Positions 8,956 through 17,943 of a stretch of 34,936 nucleotides of DNA are shown in pieces. Made by a program: the position numbers and the translations under genes. Position 1 is the stretch's first letter, and each line of letters starts with the position of its first letter. Below the pieces are notes generated by a model. It was given only the letters and a program-made list of their open reading frames with translations, was not told where the DNA came from and searched no databases. Where the stretch lies: the sequence record SRR31156797_9120; one strand, written 5' to 3'.

Positions 8956-9236
8956 AGTCGGCCTAATTTAGTTATTTATGCGTGAATAATAAAACATAAA
9001 ACTGCACAATTTATTAACAATGGATAAACATTCTGAATTCCCCATATTTATTGCTATTTTTATCAATTATAATGCTGAGAATTTAAAAATAATAGTACTT
9101 TTAAATTAGCATTATATTACCTAATGACATGAAAGAGCAGACATATTTTCATAATATAGATTGTATCCTGCTTATTATGTCATAGTAATTATTAAATGTA
9201 TGATGTTTGTTAATTGAAATTGTAAAAACGTATCAC

Positions 9237-11771
9237 ATGAATTTAAATTTTTCTCAAAGAATTAATGATGTAATAGGTTTTTCTAAAGAAGAAGCGGAAA
9301 GATTAGGTAATCCATACATTTCACCGGAACATCTTTTATTAGGAATATTAAGAGAAGGTGAAGGTACGGCTATTGAAATCTTAGAACAGCTTCAGGTTGA
9401 TTTAGAAAATCTGAAAAGCAGCATTGAATCTAAGTTAAAAACAAATGTGGTTCTTGAACATACAGATCATATTCCGCTTCTAAAGTCTTCGGAGCGAATT
9501 TTAAGACTTATTTATTTAGAAGCTCGTTCTGTAAAAAGTGAGAGCATTAACACAGGACATTTGTTATTGGCATTATTAAAGGACAACCAAGGATTTATAC
9601 CTGAGCTTATGGCAGAAGAAAAAATTAATTACGAGAAAGTAAAAGGATTAATTACAAATAACGAACCTTTGGCTAAAGCCGATTTACCAGAGGATGACGA
9701 TCAGGATAGTCCTTTTTCTTCCGGAGGTGGTGGATCAGATTCTCCACGCTCTACTAGTGGCTCAAAAGGTTCTGATACACCTGTATTAGATAATTTTGGA
9801 ATTGATATGACCCAGGCTGCCGAAGAAGGCAAGCTGGATCCAATTGTAGGCCGTGAACAAGAAATTGAACGATTGGCTCAAATATTAAGTCGTCGTAAAA
9901 AGAACAACCCTATATTAATTGGAGAACCAGGAGTAGGTAAATCTGCAATTGCAGAAGGTTTAGCTATCAGAATTCACCAAAAAAAGGTTTCTCGTGTTTT
10001 GTTTGATAAACGTGTAGTGACTTTAGATTTAGCATCTATTGTAGCTGGAACAAAATATAGAGGTCAGTTTGAGGAAAGAATGAAAGCTATTTTAAATGAG
10101 CTTTCTAAAAACCCAAACATCATATTGTTTATTGATGAAATTCACACTATCGTTGGTGCAGGAGGAGCTACAGGTTCTTTAGATGCAGCTAACATGCTTA
10201 AACCTGCATTGGCCAGAGGTGAAATTCAATGTATTGGAGCAACTACACTAGATGAATACCGCCAACACATTGAAAAAGACGGAGCTCTAGAACGTAGATT
10301 CCAGAAAGTAATGGTAGAACCAACAAGTATTGATGAAACAGTCGAAATTCTTAATAACATTAAGGAAAAATACGAAGATCATCACAATGTGAGTTTTACT
10401 CCTGATGCCGTGGAAGCTTGTGTTAAGTTGACTGAACGATACATTACAGATCGACATCTTCCTGATAAAGCTATAGATGCTTTAGATGAAGCAGGTTCTC
10501 GTGTTCACATCTCAAATATTGTTGTTCCTGAAACCATTTTGAAACTGGAAGAGCAAATTGAAGAAACTAAAGAAAATAAAATTAAAGCGGTTAAAGCTCA
10601 GAATTTTGAATTAGCAGCAAGTTTTAGAGATAAAGAAAAGACATTTCTGGAAGATCTTAACAATGCGAAAGATAAGTGGGAACAGGAATTGCAGCAACAC
10701 AGAGAAACTGTAGATATTGAAAAAGTGGCTGAGGTTGTGGCTATGATGACAGGTATTCCTGTGCAACGTGTAGCACAGGCAGAAGGTCATCGCTTACTTG
10801 AAATGGGTGATAAACTGAAAGGCACTGTGATTGGTCAGGAAGATGCCATTCAGAAAATTGTAAAAGCTATTCAACGAAACAGAGCTGGATTAAAAGATCC
10901 AAACAGACCAATTGGTTCATTTGTATTTTTAGGTCCTACAGGTGTTGGTAAAACTCACCTAGCTAAGGTATTAGCAAAATATTTATTTGACTCTGTAGAT
11001 GCACTTATTCGCATTGATATGAGTGAGTATATGGAAAAATTCTCTGTTTCCAGATTAGTTGGAGCACCTCCGGGATATATCGGATATGAAGAAGGTGGTC
11101 AATTAACAGAAAAAGTTAGACGCAGGCCTTATTCTGTTGTGCTATTGGATGAAATTGAAAAAGCACATCCTGATGTATTTAATCTTTTATTACAAGTATT
11201 GGATGAAGGTCGATTAACAGATAGCCTTGGCAGAAGAGTCGACTTTAAAAATACCATTATCATTATGACTTCTAACATTGGAAGTCGTGAGTTAAAAGAT
11301 TTTGGTAGAGGTGTTGGTTTCCAAACTAGTGGAAGAGAATCAGATTCAGACCATGCTCGTCATGTAATTCAAAAAGCACTTAAAAAAGCTTTTGCTCCAG
11401 AGTTCATTAATCGTATCGATGATGTTATCGTATTTAATACCTTGGAAAAAGAAGATATTCATAAGATTATCGATATTGAATTACAAGGCTTATATTCTAG
11501 AGTTGAATCAATGGGCTACAAATTAGAATTAACAGATAAAGCAAAAGAGTTTATTGCGTCTAAAGGTTTCGATTCTAATTTTGGAGCAAGACCATTAAAA
11601 AGAGCTATTCAAAAATATCTTGAAGACGAAATGGCAGAAGTTATTATTAAGGCATCTGTTTCTGAGGGAGATATTATCAGAGTAGATTTTGATGAAAAAG
11701 AAGAGAAAATATTTTCATCAATTGAAAAAAACAAAGATAAAGTTAGTGATAAAGACGTTAGTGAAAACTAA
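9237..11771 (+). CDS. clpC: ATP-dependent Clp protease ATP-binding subunit ClpC
   Basis: Clp_N repeats, two Walker A motifs ([16 protein letters not shown]), a UVR middle domain ([15 protein letters not shown]) and a GVGF ClpP-docking loop. ATG 9237 preferred over TTG 9207. Confidence 0.95.
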   Translation: MNLNFSQRINDVIGFSKEEAERLGNPYISPEHLLLGILREGEGTAIEILEQLQVDLENLKSSIESKLKTNVVLEHTDHIPLLKSSERILRLIYLEARSVKSESINTGHLLLALLKDNQGFIPELMAEEKINYEKVKGLITNNEPLAKADLPEDDDQDSPFSSGGGGSDSPRSTSGSKGSDTPVLDNFGIDMTQAAEEGKLDPIVGREQEIERLAQILSRRKKNNPILIGEPGVGKSAIAEGLAIRIHQKKVSRVLFDKRVVTLDLASIVAGTKYRGQFEERMKAILNELSKNPNIILFIDEIHTIVGAGGATGSLDAANMLKPALARGEIQCIGATTLDEYRQHIEKDGALERRFQKVMVEPTSIDETVEILNNIKEKYEDHHNVSFTPDAVEACVKLTERYITDRHLPDKAIDALDEAGSRVHISNIVVPETILKLEEQIEETKENKIKAVKAQNFELAASFRDKEKTFLEDLNNAKDKWEQELQQHRETVDIEKVAEVVAMMTGIPVQRVAQAEGHRLLEMGDKLKGTVIGQEDAIQKIVKAIQRNRAGLKDPNRPIGSFVFLGPTGVGKTHLAKVLAKYLFDSVDALIRIDMSEYMEKFSVSRLVGAPPGYIGYEEGGQLTEKVRRRPYSVVLLDEIEKAHPDVFNLLLQVLDEGRLTDSLGRRVDFKNTIIIMTSNIGSRELKDFGRGVGFQTSGRESDSDHARHVIQKALKKAFAPEFINRIDDVIVFNTLEKEDIHKIIDIELQGLYSRVESMGYKLELTDKAKEFIASKGFDSNFGARPLKRAIQKYLEDEMAEVIIKASVSEGDIIRVDFDEKEEKIFSSIEKNKDKVSDKDVSEN

Positions 11772-11788
11772 TAAGCACTAGATATCAA

Positions 11789-11829
11789 ATATAAAAAGGG
11801 CTGAATCAATGATTCAGCCCTTTTTATAT
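11789..11829. terminator. Bidirectional rho-independent terminator between clpC and the TPR gene
   Basis: Perfect 19-bp inverted repeat ATATAAAAAGGGCTGAATC-aat-GATTCAGCCCTTTTTATAT between convergent genes. Confidence 0.92.
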
Positions 11830-11848
11830 GTAGTATTTTAAAACTAAA

Positions 11849-12493
11849 CTATTTTAATAGTTCTGGAATCTTAGTTTTAATTGTTTTTGCAGTAGCATCA
11901 TTAGCATTATAAGATAAAGCTTTATCAGCCAATTCCATTGCTTTATCTAACTCTACTTTAGCTTTTTCTTTAATAGCATCCCACTGATCAGCATTGTCTT
12001 GCGTTCTTGTATTTAAGATGTTAGCTCCAGCTGTAAAATACTCATTTCCTTGAATTACATAGTGCTTAGCCAACTCTTTTTTCATATAAGACACATACTT
12101 ACTGTTCGGAAATTCTTCGATACCAGCTAATAACGTCTTCTCCATTTCAACCTTATCTCCTTTGCTTTTATAAGCTTTTGCGATATAGTAAGTTGAAACA
12201 TCTTCTTTATAACCTAATTCTTTTGCTTTCGCATAATACTTTAATGCTTTGTCATCATTTTTAAGTTTTCTGGAACATGTTGCAGTGTTATAAACCATTG
12301 CGGCATCCATTTCTTCAGCTTCATCCCAAGCCTTAATTGATGCTTCATAAGAAGCTAATGCTGTTTTGTAATCCTTAGCTTTTAAAGCAGCATTTCCTTC
12401 GTTTTTTAATTCTGCTGCACTCTTCTCTTCCTGCGCAAACGCCCCACCTAAAATTGTGAATAACAATAAAGTTACAGTTAAAATGTTCTTCAT
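11849..12493 (-). CDS. Secreted tetratricopeptide repeat protein
   Basis: Signal peptide ending AFA-Q and TPR motifs (ELKNEGNAALKAKDYKTALASYEASI; YYIAKAY). Confidence 0.85.
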   Translation of the reverse strand: MKNILTVTLLLFTILGGAFAQEEKSAAELKNEGNAALKAKDYKTALASYEASIKAWDEAEEMDAAMVYNTATCSRKLKNDDKALKYYAKAKELGYKEDVSTYYIAKAYKSKGDKVEMEKTLLAGIEEFPNSKYVSYMKKELAKHYVIQGNEYFTAGANILNTRTQDNADQWDAIKEKAKVELDKAMELADKALSYNANDATAKTIKTKIPELLK

Positions 12494-12617
12494 AATTTTT
12501 AAATCTTTATTTAGTTTATTGTATAATTTTCTTGTTAAGAGCCGTAAAAATAAGGTTTTTTTGAAAAAATCTTAACAATTATAAAGCTTTTCATTTAAAA
12601 ATTAACAAGAACTGTGC

Positions 12618-13910
12618 CTATTTTAATAAAAATACTTTCAACGCATCTAAATTCGCATCAAGACTAATATTTTTAGGCTCACCTGCCATAAAAGCCTGTA
12701 ATCTTTCAGGCACATCTACTTTTCTTCCAATTTGTGGCTCTACAACTTCAGGGAATTTTGCAGGATGAGCTGTCTCAAGAAATAAGCCAGTTTCATTATC
12801 CTTCAATTCATATTCTAAAGCCATATAACCAGTTGCTCCATGAGGATCCAAAACATAGCCTTGATTTTTATCTACCTCTGTAATTGCTGTTTTAATCTGC
12901 TCATCAGTGTACGAAAATCCATTTACCTTAGCTTTAACAACTTCATGCTCCGAATTATATAAATCCATAATTCGCACAAAATTACTAGGATCCCCTACAT
13001 CCATTGCATTAGCTACTGTAGCTTTTGATGGTGCAGGCTTATACTCTCCAGTTTCTAAGTACTGTGGAACAATATCATTCATATTGGTTGCTGCGATATA
13101 GCGCTTTACTGGTAATCCCATTAATTGAGCAACTAATCCAGCTGTAATATTTCCAAAATTACCACTAGGTACACAAATCACCACATCTTCTTTGCCTTGC
13201 TTTTTTAATTGAGCATAACCATAATGATAATAAACGGATTGCGGTAACAAACGAGCAAGGTTGATCGAATTGGCAGAAGTCAAAACTAATTTTTCGTTTA
13301 ACTCCTTATCCATAAAAGCTTCTTTCACCATTCGCTGACAGTCATCAAATGTTCCATCGACTTCTATTGCTGTAATGTTTTCGCCTAAAGTCGTAAACTG
13401 CTTCTCCTGCACTTCACTAACCAAACCTTTAGGATACAAAACAAAAACATTAATTCCAGGTACCTTATAGAAACCATTAGCAACTGCACTTCCTGTATCT
13501 CCTGATGTAGCCACCAGAATATTTATTTCTTCTTTCTGATCAGCGACAAACTGCGATAAAATACGAGCCATAAAACGTGCCCCGACATCTTTAAAAGCCA
13601 AGGTTGGTCCATGAAACAGCTCTAACGAATAAATACCATCCTTTACTTTAACTGCAGGAATTTCAAAGTTTAAAGCATCATCAACAATTGCTTTAAATTT
13701 ATCTTCCGGAATATCTGGACAGAAAAAAGGTTTAAGAGTCTCAAAACCTATTTCAGCAAGAGACTTATCTTGTATATTTTCAAAGAATGATTTATCTAAT
13801 TCCGGAATATATTCAGGCATAAACAAGCCTTTATCTGCTGCTAAACCTCTTAATACAGCCTCTTTTAGACTAACTTTATTTTCTGGAGAATTTGTACTGT
13901 AATATTGCAT
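12618..13910 (-). CDS. thrC: Threonine synthase
   Basis: LELFHGPTLAFKDVGARF (PLP Lys), ATSGDTGSA, NSINLARL, VPSGNFGN, TAHPAKF. Confidence 0.97.
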   Translation of the reverse strand: MQYYSTNSPENKVSLKEAVLRGLAADKGLFMPEYIPELDKSFFENIQDKSLAEIGFETLKPFFCPDIPEDKFKAIVDDALNFEIPAVKVKDGIYSLELFHGPTLAFKDVGARFMARILSQFVADQKEEINILVATSGDTGSAVANGFYKVPGINVFVLYPKGLVSEVQEKQFTTLGENITAIEVDGTFDDCQRMVKEAFMDKELNEKLVLTSANSINLARLLPQSVYYHYGYAQLKKQGKEDVVICVPSGNFGNITAGLVAQLMGLPVKRYIAATNMNDIVPQYLETGEYKPAPSKATVANAMDVGDPSNFVRIMDLYNSEHEVVKAKVNGFSYTDEQIKTAITEVDKNQGYVLDPHGATGYMALEYELKDNETGLFLETAHPAKFPEVVEPQIGRKVDVPERLQAFMAGEPKNISLDANLDALKVFLLK

Positions 13911-13918
13911 GCCAATCG

Positions 13919-15124
13919 TTATTTAAGTAATAATTGCATAAACTCAGGACCGTATAATGTTCCATAGCCACCTGATTTTGCTGCTTCTTCATTATATTCC
14001 ATTACAGCATCAGGCTCTTGTCCTGGCTTTTTTATGAAAAAAGGAACTGCATCACGGGTATGTGTTCTTAATGCACAAGGAGTTGGATGATCTGGTAAAA
14101 GAGCAATAGTTACAGGTTCATCCATTTTCTCAACTTCCTCAATAACATACTTTACCACCCGTTGATCCAAATACTCTATGGTTTTTGTTTTCAATTCGTG
14201 ATCTCCCTCATGACCTGCTTCATCACTCGCCTCAATATGTAAAAACACGTACTGATTTTCCTTTAATGCATTAATTGCCGCTTCGGCTTTGCCTTCGTAA
14301 TTAGTATCATATAATCCTGTTGAACCTGGTACATGTACAGCTTTTAAACCTGCATACGCACCTAAGCCATAAATTAAATCAACTGCAGAAATCACCACTC
14401 CCGATTCTAAACCATATAATTCTTTTAATGTTGGCATATCTGGTGTATTTCCTGCAGACCATGGCCAAATCATGTCAGCCGTTGGTTTTCCAGTCTCTCT
14501 CCTTTTTATATTAACCGGGTGATCTTTTAATAAATCTATAGATTTAAGCATTAAATCAGTAACCTGTTTTACTGTATCTTCTGCCCCATTTTCTTTGGCA
14601 GAAGGTAATACTTCCTTAAAAGGAGTTCCCGGAACATCATGAGGTGGTACACAATTGATTTTATCACTTCCTCCATTTAAGACCATTAAATGACGATAAC
14701 TAACACCAGGATGAAAGTTTACATCTTCTCCACCTAGTTTTTCCTGAAGAAACAACATTATTTCTTTTGCTTCTTCTGTAGTAATATGACCTGCTGAATG
14801 ATTTAATATTTTTTCACCATCCAATGAAATCAAATTACATCTAAAAACCAGGTCTGTTAAAGATGTTTTTACACCCATTGATGCCGCTTCTAAAACACCT
14901 CTACCTCTATAATATTTCTCAGCATCATATCCCATTACCATCATATTGGCAACTTCACTACCTGGATGTAATGTAGGAGGAACTGTATCTAACAAACCAG
15001 ACACGCCTTCTGCACACAACTTATCAATATGCGGTGTTTTGGCAGCCATCAGAGGGGTTTTATCTCCTAACTCTTTTAATGGTTCATCTGATGCACCATC
15101 TGCTAGTATTACTAAATATTTCAT
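13919..15124 (-). CDS. Cofactor-independent phosphoglycerate mutase family (ApgM-type) protein; proposed homoserine kinase substitute
   Basis: DGASD, TPLMAA, PGSEVAN (phospho-Ser), GRGVLEAAS, HIEASDEAGHEGD and PDHPTP alkaline-phosphatase-superfamily motifs. It sits between thrA and thrC. Confidence 0.85.
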   Translation of the reverse strand: MKYLVILADGASDEPLKELGDKTPLMAAKTPHIDKLCAEGVSGLLDTVPPTLHPGSEVANMMVMGYDAEKYYRGRGVLEAASMGVKTSLTDLVFRCNLISLDGEKILNHSAGHITTEEAKEIMLFLQEKLGGEDVNFHPGVSYRHLMVLNGGSDKINCVPPHDVPGTPFKEVLPSAKENGAEDTVKQVTDLMLKSIDLLKDHPVNIKRRETGKPTADMIWPWSAGNTPDMPTLKELYGLESGVVISAVDLIYGLGAYAGLKAVHVPGSTGLYDTNYEGKAEAAINALKENQYVFLHIEASDEAGHEGDHELKTKTIEYLDQRVVKYVIEEVEKMDEPVTIALLPDHPTPCALRTHTRDAVPFFIKKPGQEPDAVMEYNEEAAKSGGYGTLYGPEFMQLLLK

Positions 15125-15148
15125 TTATTTTTTTTTAACCAGATAAAA

Positions 15149-17581
15149 CTATTTGTTTGCTACTTTAATTATATCGGCAAAAACGCCAGCAGCTGTAACT
15201 TCGGCTCCAGCACCATAACCTTTAATTTGCATAGGATGCTCTTTGTAATGCTCCGAATTAATTAGAATAATATTGTTACTCCCTTCTAAATCAAAAAATG
15301 GATGAGATTGATCGACTTCGATAAAACCAACAACTGCTTTTCCATTTTCTAACTTTGCTCCATAACGTAGCTTCTGCCCTTTCTTTTCAAGCTCACTTCT
15401 TATTTCTTCGAAACCAGAATCATACTCTTTAATTTCAGTCATAAACTGATCTAAAGATTCACAATCCATATATTTTTGAGGTACAAATGGTACAACATCA
15501 ATATCACTTTCTTCTAATGCATAACCTGACTCTCTGGCCAAAATTAAAATTTTTCGAACCACATCTGTACCACTTAAATCAATTCGAGGATCTGGTTCAC
15601 TATAGCCTTTATCTTTTGCCTCTTGTATTACCTCTGACAATGGTTTATCCTCATTAACGGTATTTACAATATAATTGAGTGTTCCGGATAAAACAGCTTC
15701 CAGTTTTAATATTTTATCACCACTCATTACTAAATCGTTTAGTGGTGATATGATAGGTAAACCAGCACCTACATTGGTTTCAAAAAGAAATTTAACTCCT
15801 TTATTTAATGCTGTAGATTTCAGCTTTTGATATATTGAATATTCCGATGAACTTGCAATCTTATTAGCCGTAACAACAGATATATTAGATTCTAATATTC
15901 CTTGATATATGGCTGCAATTGAAGCATTTGCCGTACAATCCACCAATACACTGTTGGAAAGATTATAATCAGATATTCTTTCCTTATATACTTCCAGGTT
16001 AGCTTTCTCACCATTTGCATCTAAATCAGTTAAAACAGACTTGGTGTCTAAACCTTCCGGATTCAAAAGCATTTTACGGCTATTGGTAATACCTGCAATT
16101 CTAATTTTTAGCTTATTATCTTTAAATAGGGTTTCTGTTTGAGCATTAATTTTTTCAATTAGCATCTTTCCAACTGTACCTGTACCAACTAAAAACAGAT
16201 TCACGATAGTATATGGAGATAAAAAGAATGCCTCATGAGCTGTATTCAAACCTTTCTTTAAGTCTTTTTCTTTTACAACAAATGATATATTTAACTCCGA
16301 AGCACCTTGCGCTATAGCATAAATATTGATACCATTCTTACCCATGCTATTGAATAACTTACCCGAGATACCTGTGGTGTGTTTCATATTTTCACCAACA
16401 ATAGCAATCACTGCCATATCACGCTCTAAGGTTACATTATTTATTTGGTTGAGTTTTATTTCCAATTTAAACTCCTCTTGCACCAATTCTACAGCTCTAT
16501 CTGCTGTAGATGAATCTATGATAATACTAATTGAGTTTTCAGAAGATGCCTGAGAAATTAAAACAACATTGATGTTTTCTTCTGCCATAGATTTAAACAA
16601 TCGCATAGCAATTCCGGTTACACCAATCATACCAAGTCCTTGAACAGTAAGAAGGCTCACATCTTTAATTGAAGAAATACCTTTTATTTTCTTTCCTTGT
16701 AAAGGTTCCTTTTGATTATCGATAAGGGTTCCTTTAGTATCTGGATTAAAAGTATTTTTAATTAAGATTGGAATATTCTTTTTATAAACAGGTAAAATTG
16801 TTGGTGGAAAAATAACTTTTGCTCCAAAATGAGAAAGCTCCATTGCTTCAGAATAGCTTAACCTGTCGATACAATAAGATCGACTAATAATTCTTGGATC
16901 AGCGGTCATAAAACCATTTACATCAGTCCATATTTCTAATACAGAAGCATTAAAAGTGGCTGCAATAATAGCTGCTGTATAATCTGAACCTCCTCGGCCT
17001 AAAGTAGTAATTTCTCCTTTTTTGTTTGAAGCAATAAATCCAGGAAAAACTGAGACTCTACCAATATTGGACAATTGATCTTTCAACTTTGCTTCAGTCT
17101 CCTCAAAATCAACAGAATCTTTACCAAAAACTTGCTCAGTAATAATATAATTTTGCGACTCAAACAATTGAGCATCATCAATAAGTTCTGAAATGATAAA
17201 TGATGAAATACGTTCACCAAAACTGGAAATAATGGCTTTACTCTTATGAGTCATCTCTTTTAACATGTAAACACCTTTTACAATGGTGCTTACTTCTTCA
17301 AAAAGTTGATCAACTTTAAACTTTATAGTTTGAGCAATATCTAAAGGAAATAATTCACTAATAATTTTATAATGCTTTTCTTTTACTTCGCTGTAGATAT
17401 CAAAACACTCATGATTCCCATTCTCAGCTAATTCTGCAGCTTTAATTAGTAAATCGGTCACGCCTCCAACAGCAGAAACCACAACAACAGATTGTTCGGT
17501 TTGAGATTCAACTATATTTTTAACTTTTAATATACTATCTGAAGAACCTACTGATGTTCCTCCAAATTTTAAAACTTTCAT
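15149..17581 (-). CDS. thrA: Bifunctional aspartate kinase / homoserine dehydrogenase I
   Basis: KFGGTSV, TLGRGGSDYTA, WTDVNG, two ACT domains, GTGTVG Rossmann motif, FETNVGAGLP, EPDPRIDLSG, GYGAGAEVTAAGV. Confidence 0.97.
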   Translation of the reverse strand: MKVLKFGGTSVGSSDSILKVKNIVESQTEQSVVVVSAVGGVTDLLIKAAELAENGNHECFDIYSEVKEKHYKIISELFPLDIAQTIKFKVDQLFEEVSTIVKGVYMLKEMTHKSKAIISSFGERISSFIISELIDDAQLFESQNYIITEQVFGKDSVDFEETEAKLKDQLSNIGRVSVFPGFIASNKKGEITTLGRGGSDYTAAIIAATFNASVLEIWTDVNGFMTADPRIISRSYCIDRLSYSEAMELSHFGAKVIFPPTILPVYKKNIPILIKNTFNPDTKGTLIDNQKEPLQGKKIKGISSIKDVSLLTVQGLGMIGVTGIAMRLFKSMAEENINVVLISQASSENSISIIIDSSTADRAVELVQEEFKLEIKLNQINNVTLERDMAVIAIVGENMKHTTGISGKLFNSMGKNGINIYAIAQGASELNISFVVKEKDLKKGLNTAHEAFFLSPYTIVNLFLVGTGTVGKMLIEKINAQTETLFKDNKLKIRIAGITNSRKMLLNPEGLDTKSVLTDLDANGEKANLEVYKERISDYNLSNSVLVDCTANASIAAIYQGILESNISVVTANKIASSSEYSIYQKLKSTALNKGVKFLFETNVGAGLPIISPLNDLVMSGDKILKLEAVLSGTLNYIVNTVNEDKPLSEVIQEAKDKGYSEPDPRIDLSGTDVVRKILILARESGYALEESDIDVVPFVPQKYMDCESLDQFMTEIKEYDSGFEEIRSELEKKGQKLRYGAKLENGKAVVGFIEVDQSHPFFDLEGSNNIILINSEHYKEHPMQIKGYGAGAEVTAAGVFADIIKVANK

Positions 17582-17609
17582 GAATGCTTCTTTTGCCGAT
17601 TATTAATTT

Positions 17610-17636
17610 GATTGCAAATATAGTTTTATTGCAATC
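17610..17636 (-). promoter_or_regulatory. Second, thrA-proximal -7 box inside an 8-bp inverted repeat
   Basis: Minus strand TATATTTG (17615-17622) overlapping GATTGCAA-N11-TTGCAATC. No clear -33 box. Confidence 0.45.
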
Positions 17637-17714
17637 TCTTATCATATTTTTGGATAACAAGTTTACATGTTATTACCAAATAGATTTTTCGTTTTATAAA
17701 AATGAAAATTGATT

Positions 17715-17750
17715 AAAAAAAGGTCATTTAAAAAATTATTAAATCACCTT
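17715..17750 (-). terminator. Attenuator terminator of the thr operon leader
   Basis: mRNA AAGGUGAUUUAA-UAAUUUU-UUAAAUGACCUU, a 12-bp stem with one G.G mismatch running into U7, starting 20 nt after the leader stop. Confidence 0.75.
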
Positions 17751-17769
17751 ATGTAAGGATGAAAAACAG

Positions 17770-17838
17770 CTAGACCCCCAAAGGGGTGAATGTAGATGTA
17801 GTAGTTGTTGTAATTGTATGGTATAATTTATAAACCAT
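17770..17838 (-). CDS. thrL: thr operon leader peptide (22 aa, MVYKLYHTITTTTTSTFTPLGV)
   Basis: ATG GTT TAT AAA TTA TAC CAT ACA ATT ACA ACA ACT ACT ACA TCT ACA TTC ACC CCT TTG GGG GTC TAG. Eight Thr codons in 11 consecutive positions, between a promoter and a terminator upstream of thrA. Confidence 0.88.
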   Translation of the reverse strand: MVYKLYHTITTTTTSTFTPLGV

Positions 17839-17872
17839 AAGTTTAAATGCGTTTTTCCTTATAAATTCAATG

Positions 17873-17902
17873 CAAAAATAGATATTTATTTTAATCCTCA
17901 AA
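17873..17902 (-). promoter_or_regulatory. Promoter of the thr leader/operon
   Basis: Minus strand TTTG (17899-17902), 18-nt spacer, TATTTTTG (17873-17880). Confidence 0.7.
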
Positions 17903-17943
17903 ATAAAAAACATGACTTTTGTAAGGTTTTACAAACGTTCACC

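Noticed and set aside
17582-17900. T-box or lysine/SAM riboswitch upstream of thrA
   Set aside because: No T-box, lysine or SAM-I consensus is visible, and the leader-peptide attenuator explains the region.
17918-17935. TTTGTAA-ggtt-TTACAAA hairpin after the 298-aa gene
   Set aside because: A weak 7-bp AT-rich stem separated from the U-run. It may be a terminator but is too weak to call.
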